DNA of 64,000 nucleotides from Albugo candida (Eukaryota): NCBI GenBank assembly GCA_040437565.1, contig JBDOQK010000022.1, positions 62,001 to 126,000 of the forward strand, read 5' to 3'. Shown piece by piece: positions 61,969 to 64,000 of this stretch (position 1 is its first letter; each line of letters starts with the position of its first letter). The notes under the pieces were generated by a model. It saw only the letters and a program-made list of their open reading frames with translations, ran no database searches and was not told where the DNA came from. The position numbers and the translations under genes were made by a program.

Positions 61969-64000
61969 ACGATCAAGGCGCGTTGATTCCTTACTGTTCT
62001 CGTAGTCTTTGGGCATATTGAATCCTGTGCTGGGCAGTTGGACTTCCTAAACATCAACGTGCTTTCAGAAGTATCTGAGACCTGTCAACAGTGCTTGCTG
62101 GAGCGCGCAGGCGCCGTTCATGTGGAAAAGGTGCAAGAGGTGGAAGTGGTGAACGAATTTGACAAATCAGGCACATTACAAAAACATACTGGGTTGTGGG
62201 GGCATCAGATTCTCTTCGAGCGAACTTGACCAGTTGCTTTGCTAAAACAGTTTGTCGTGAACCGACATTTGTAGAGTCGAGATCGAAATTCTCGACTGAA
62301 GGCATCGGCGGTAAATTATCACCGGTCGGCTCTGTCAAGAAACCGATCGATACGTATATCAGTAACGAGCATTCGACAACCTCAACTGATTCCCAAACGG
62401 TACAGAAACTGGCTTTTCACTTGACGTCNNNNNNNNNNNNNNNNNNNNNNNNNNNNNNNNNNNNNNNNNNNNNNNNNNNNNNNNNNNNNNNNNNNNNNNN
62501 NNNNNNNNNNNNNNNNNNNNNNNNNNNNCGACATTTGTAGAGTCGAGATCGAAATTCTCGACTGAAGGCATCGGCGGTAAATTATCACCGGTCGGCTCTG
62601 TCAAGAAACCGATCGATACGTATATCAGTAACGAGCATTCGACAACCTCAACTGATTCCCAAACGGTACAGAAACTGGCTTTTCACTTGACGTCGATCAA
62701 GCTGATCAAATATTTACGAGGGAGAAGGGGGGAAACCAAAGCAATTGTGCATATATAGATCCAACAAGTTTTTCCCTTCCTTATGTGAAACATGTTTCAG
62801 TAAAAACAGCGATTCTGCAAGCATGGAAAAATATTTTATGCATAATGAAAATCCGAGTGTGCTCTATGTGCTGCACTCATCAGATCCTGATTCTTTCAGC
62901 AAGTCGTGTATGCAAGCGCAAATCTGCCCTGGCATGACCGCTTTGCTGACAGGTAACGGATGCCACATGTTCAAGTTACAATTATCGAGGATAGCAAAAG
63001 GATTGCACCTGATCACAAACTCAGCGGGCTCACGCCTGGATAACGTTGCCGCATTACTTAATACAAAAGCGGAAGCGACCACTGAGAACATTGATAAAAT
63101 TGCTAAGAAGCTCCAACGCCTGACGTTCAGACACTACTGGTTAGCAACAACTAAGGGATATAGTAGCAAAGGTCAACTCTGCTGGAAATGCTTGGCTACA
63201 GCCTATGATGGCCTGGTTGTTTTGGACAGGGTTAAAGTCAACCCGAAAAAGGAAAACATCTTCATCATATCTATCTTCACAGACAAGACCTTGAAACCTT
63301 TTCAGTGGACGGATATATGTGGTACAATCACATCCAAGGACGATTACATGCCAGACAACGTTCATGTCAATACATTGTCGCCAGCGAAAAATGTGTTCAC
63401 CTGAATGGAACGAACACTTGCCGAACAATACAACTCGCACCTTAGTCCTGGCTGTTTCTTGGTAGCAGTGCAGAATAGAAAAGGTATAAAAGGCCTCAGA
63501 TGTTTTGAAGGCACCGAAACGTGGAAACTATCTCAGCTCAGCTTTCTGGTATCACTCAAGAGGAATGTAGCTGCTATCGGAAGCTTGAGATGCTACATTC
63601 TGAACAAATCTGGCTGTAATGATTTGCAGCTGATGCCCGACATTATGTGCGACTATGAAGCAAATTCGAAAATTGCCAATTTCGATTTGAATCAGCATTT
63701 CAATGAATTCGAACCGGTCTACAATACAGGGAAATCGGCATCACTTCCACTTGCAAAGGTCATTGTCGTCAAGTGAAAAGGACACGATTCGAAGGATGTG
63801 GGAGAAGAGGCCGCATTTACAGAATGTGTCGTCTGTCTCGCAATAAAGCACAGAGCTGTACTCATATCCGTACTCAAACGATATGTATGGGTGGTTGATT
63901 CGGGAGTACCATTAAGCTGCAAGGAATGCGATGGTAAGGTGATTAAAGGTCCGCACTTTTTGTATAATCAGTATCTTCGGCAGATACCGGTCGTGAAAGC
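61969..64000 (+). pseudogene. Canonical CCG (CxxCxxxxxG) effector pseudogene, runs off window
   Basis: In frame: ACG-IKAR-TGA-FLTVLVVFGHIESCAG-QLDFLNINVLSEVSET-CQQCLLERAG. Further modules CETCF, CWKCL, CVVCL. Frameshifts near 62200 and 62750, stops at 63402 and 63774. Confidence 0.85.
62263..62694. repeat. Gap-flanking duplication: 62263-62428 = 62529-62694
   Basis: Identical 166 bp around gap 62429-62528. Confidence 0.9.

Noticed and set aside
62745-63404. Stand-alone 219-aa gene
   Set aside because: TTG-started internal fragment of the CCG pseudogene beginning at 61969.
1-64000. Prokaryotic systems (CRISPR array, operons, defence islands) and most short ORFs in the track
   Set aside because: No repeat-spacer array or operon structure; the content is eukaryotic, and the short ORFs are pseudogene/TE fragments or shadow frames.

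Overview
Eukaryotic, gene-sparse, transposon-littered scaffold window; protein motifs and core-promoter elements point to an oomycete, most likely Albugo (inferred, not proven). The main content is a cluster of intronless, signal-peptide-bearing, Cys-rich multi-module genes related to Albugo CCG (CxxCxxxxxG; CHxC) effectors. There are two intact ORFs (8039-9769, 16370-18079), four clear pseudogenes of the same clade (18970, 28773, 34829, 37464), one pseudogenised canonical CCG gene (from 61969), a heavily decayed CCG-like relic at the window start, and two possible minus-strand relics. The intact genes keep the downstream CxxC modules of the CCG gene, but their first module has lost both cysteines (FQSALLNEVG vs CQQCLLERAG), so a motif scan would miss them. 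Between the genes lie a TSD-bounded Gypsy element, Copia and LINE remnants, a nested Mutator (MULE)/MITE cluster, and a TIR-bounded MULE ending about 40 bp upstream of the CCG gene. There are eleven 100-N gaps; seven are flanked by apparently identical duplicated sequence, best explained as unmerged contig overlaps.
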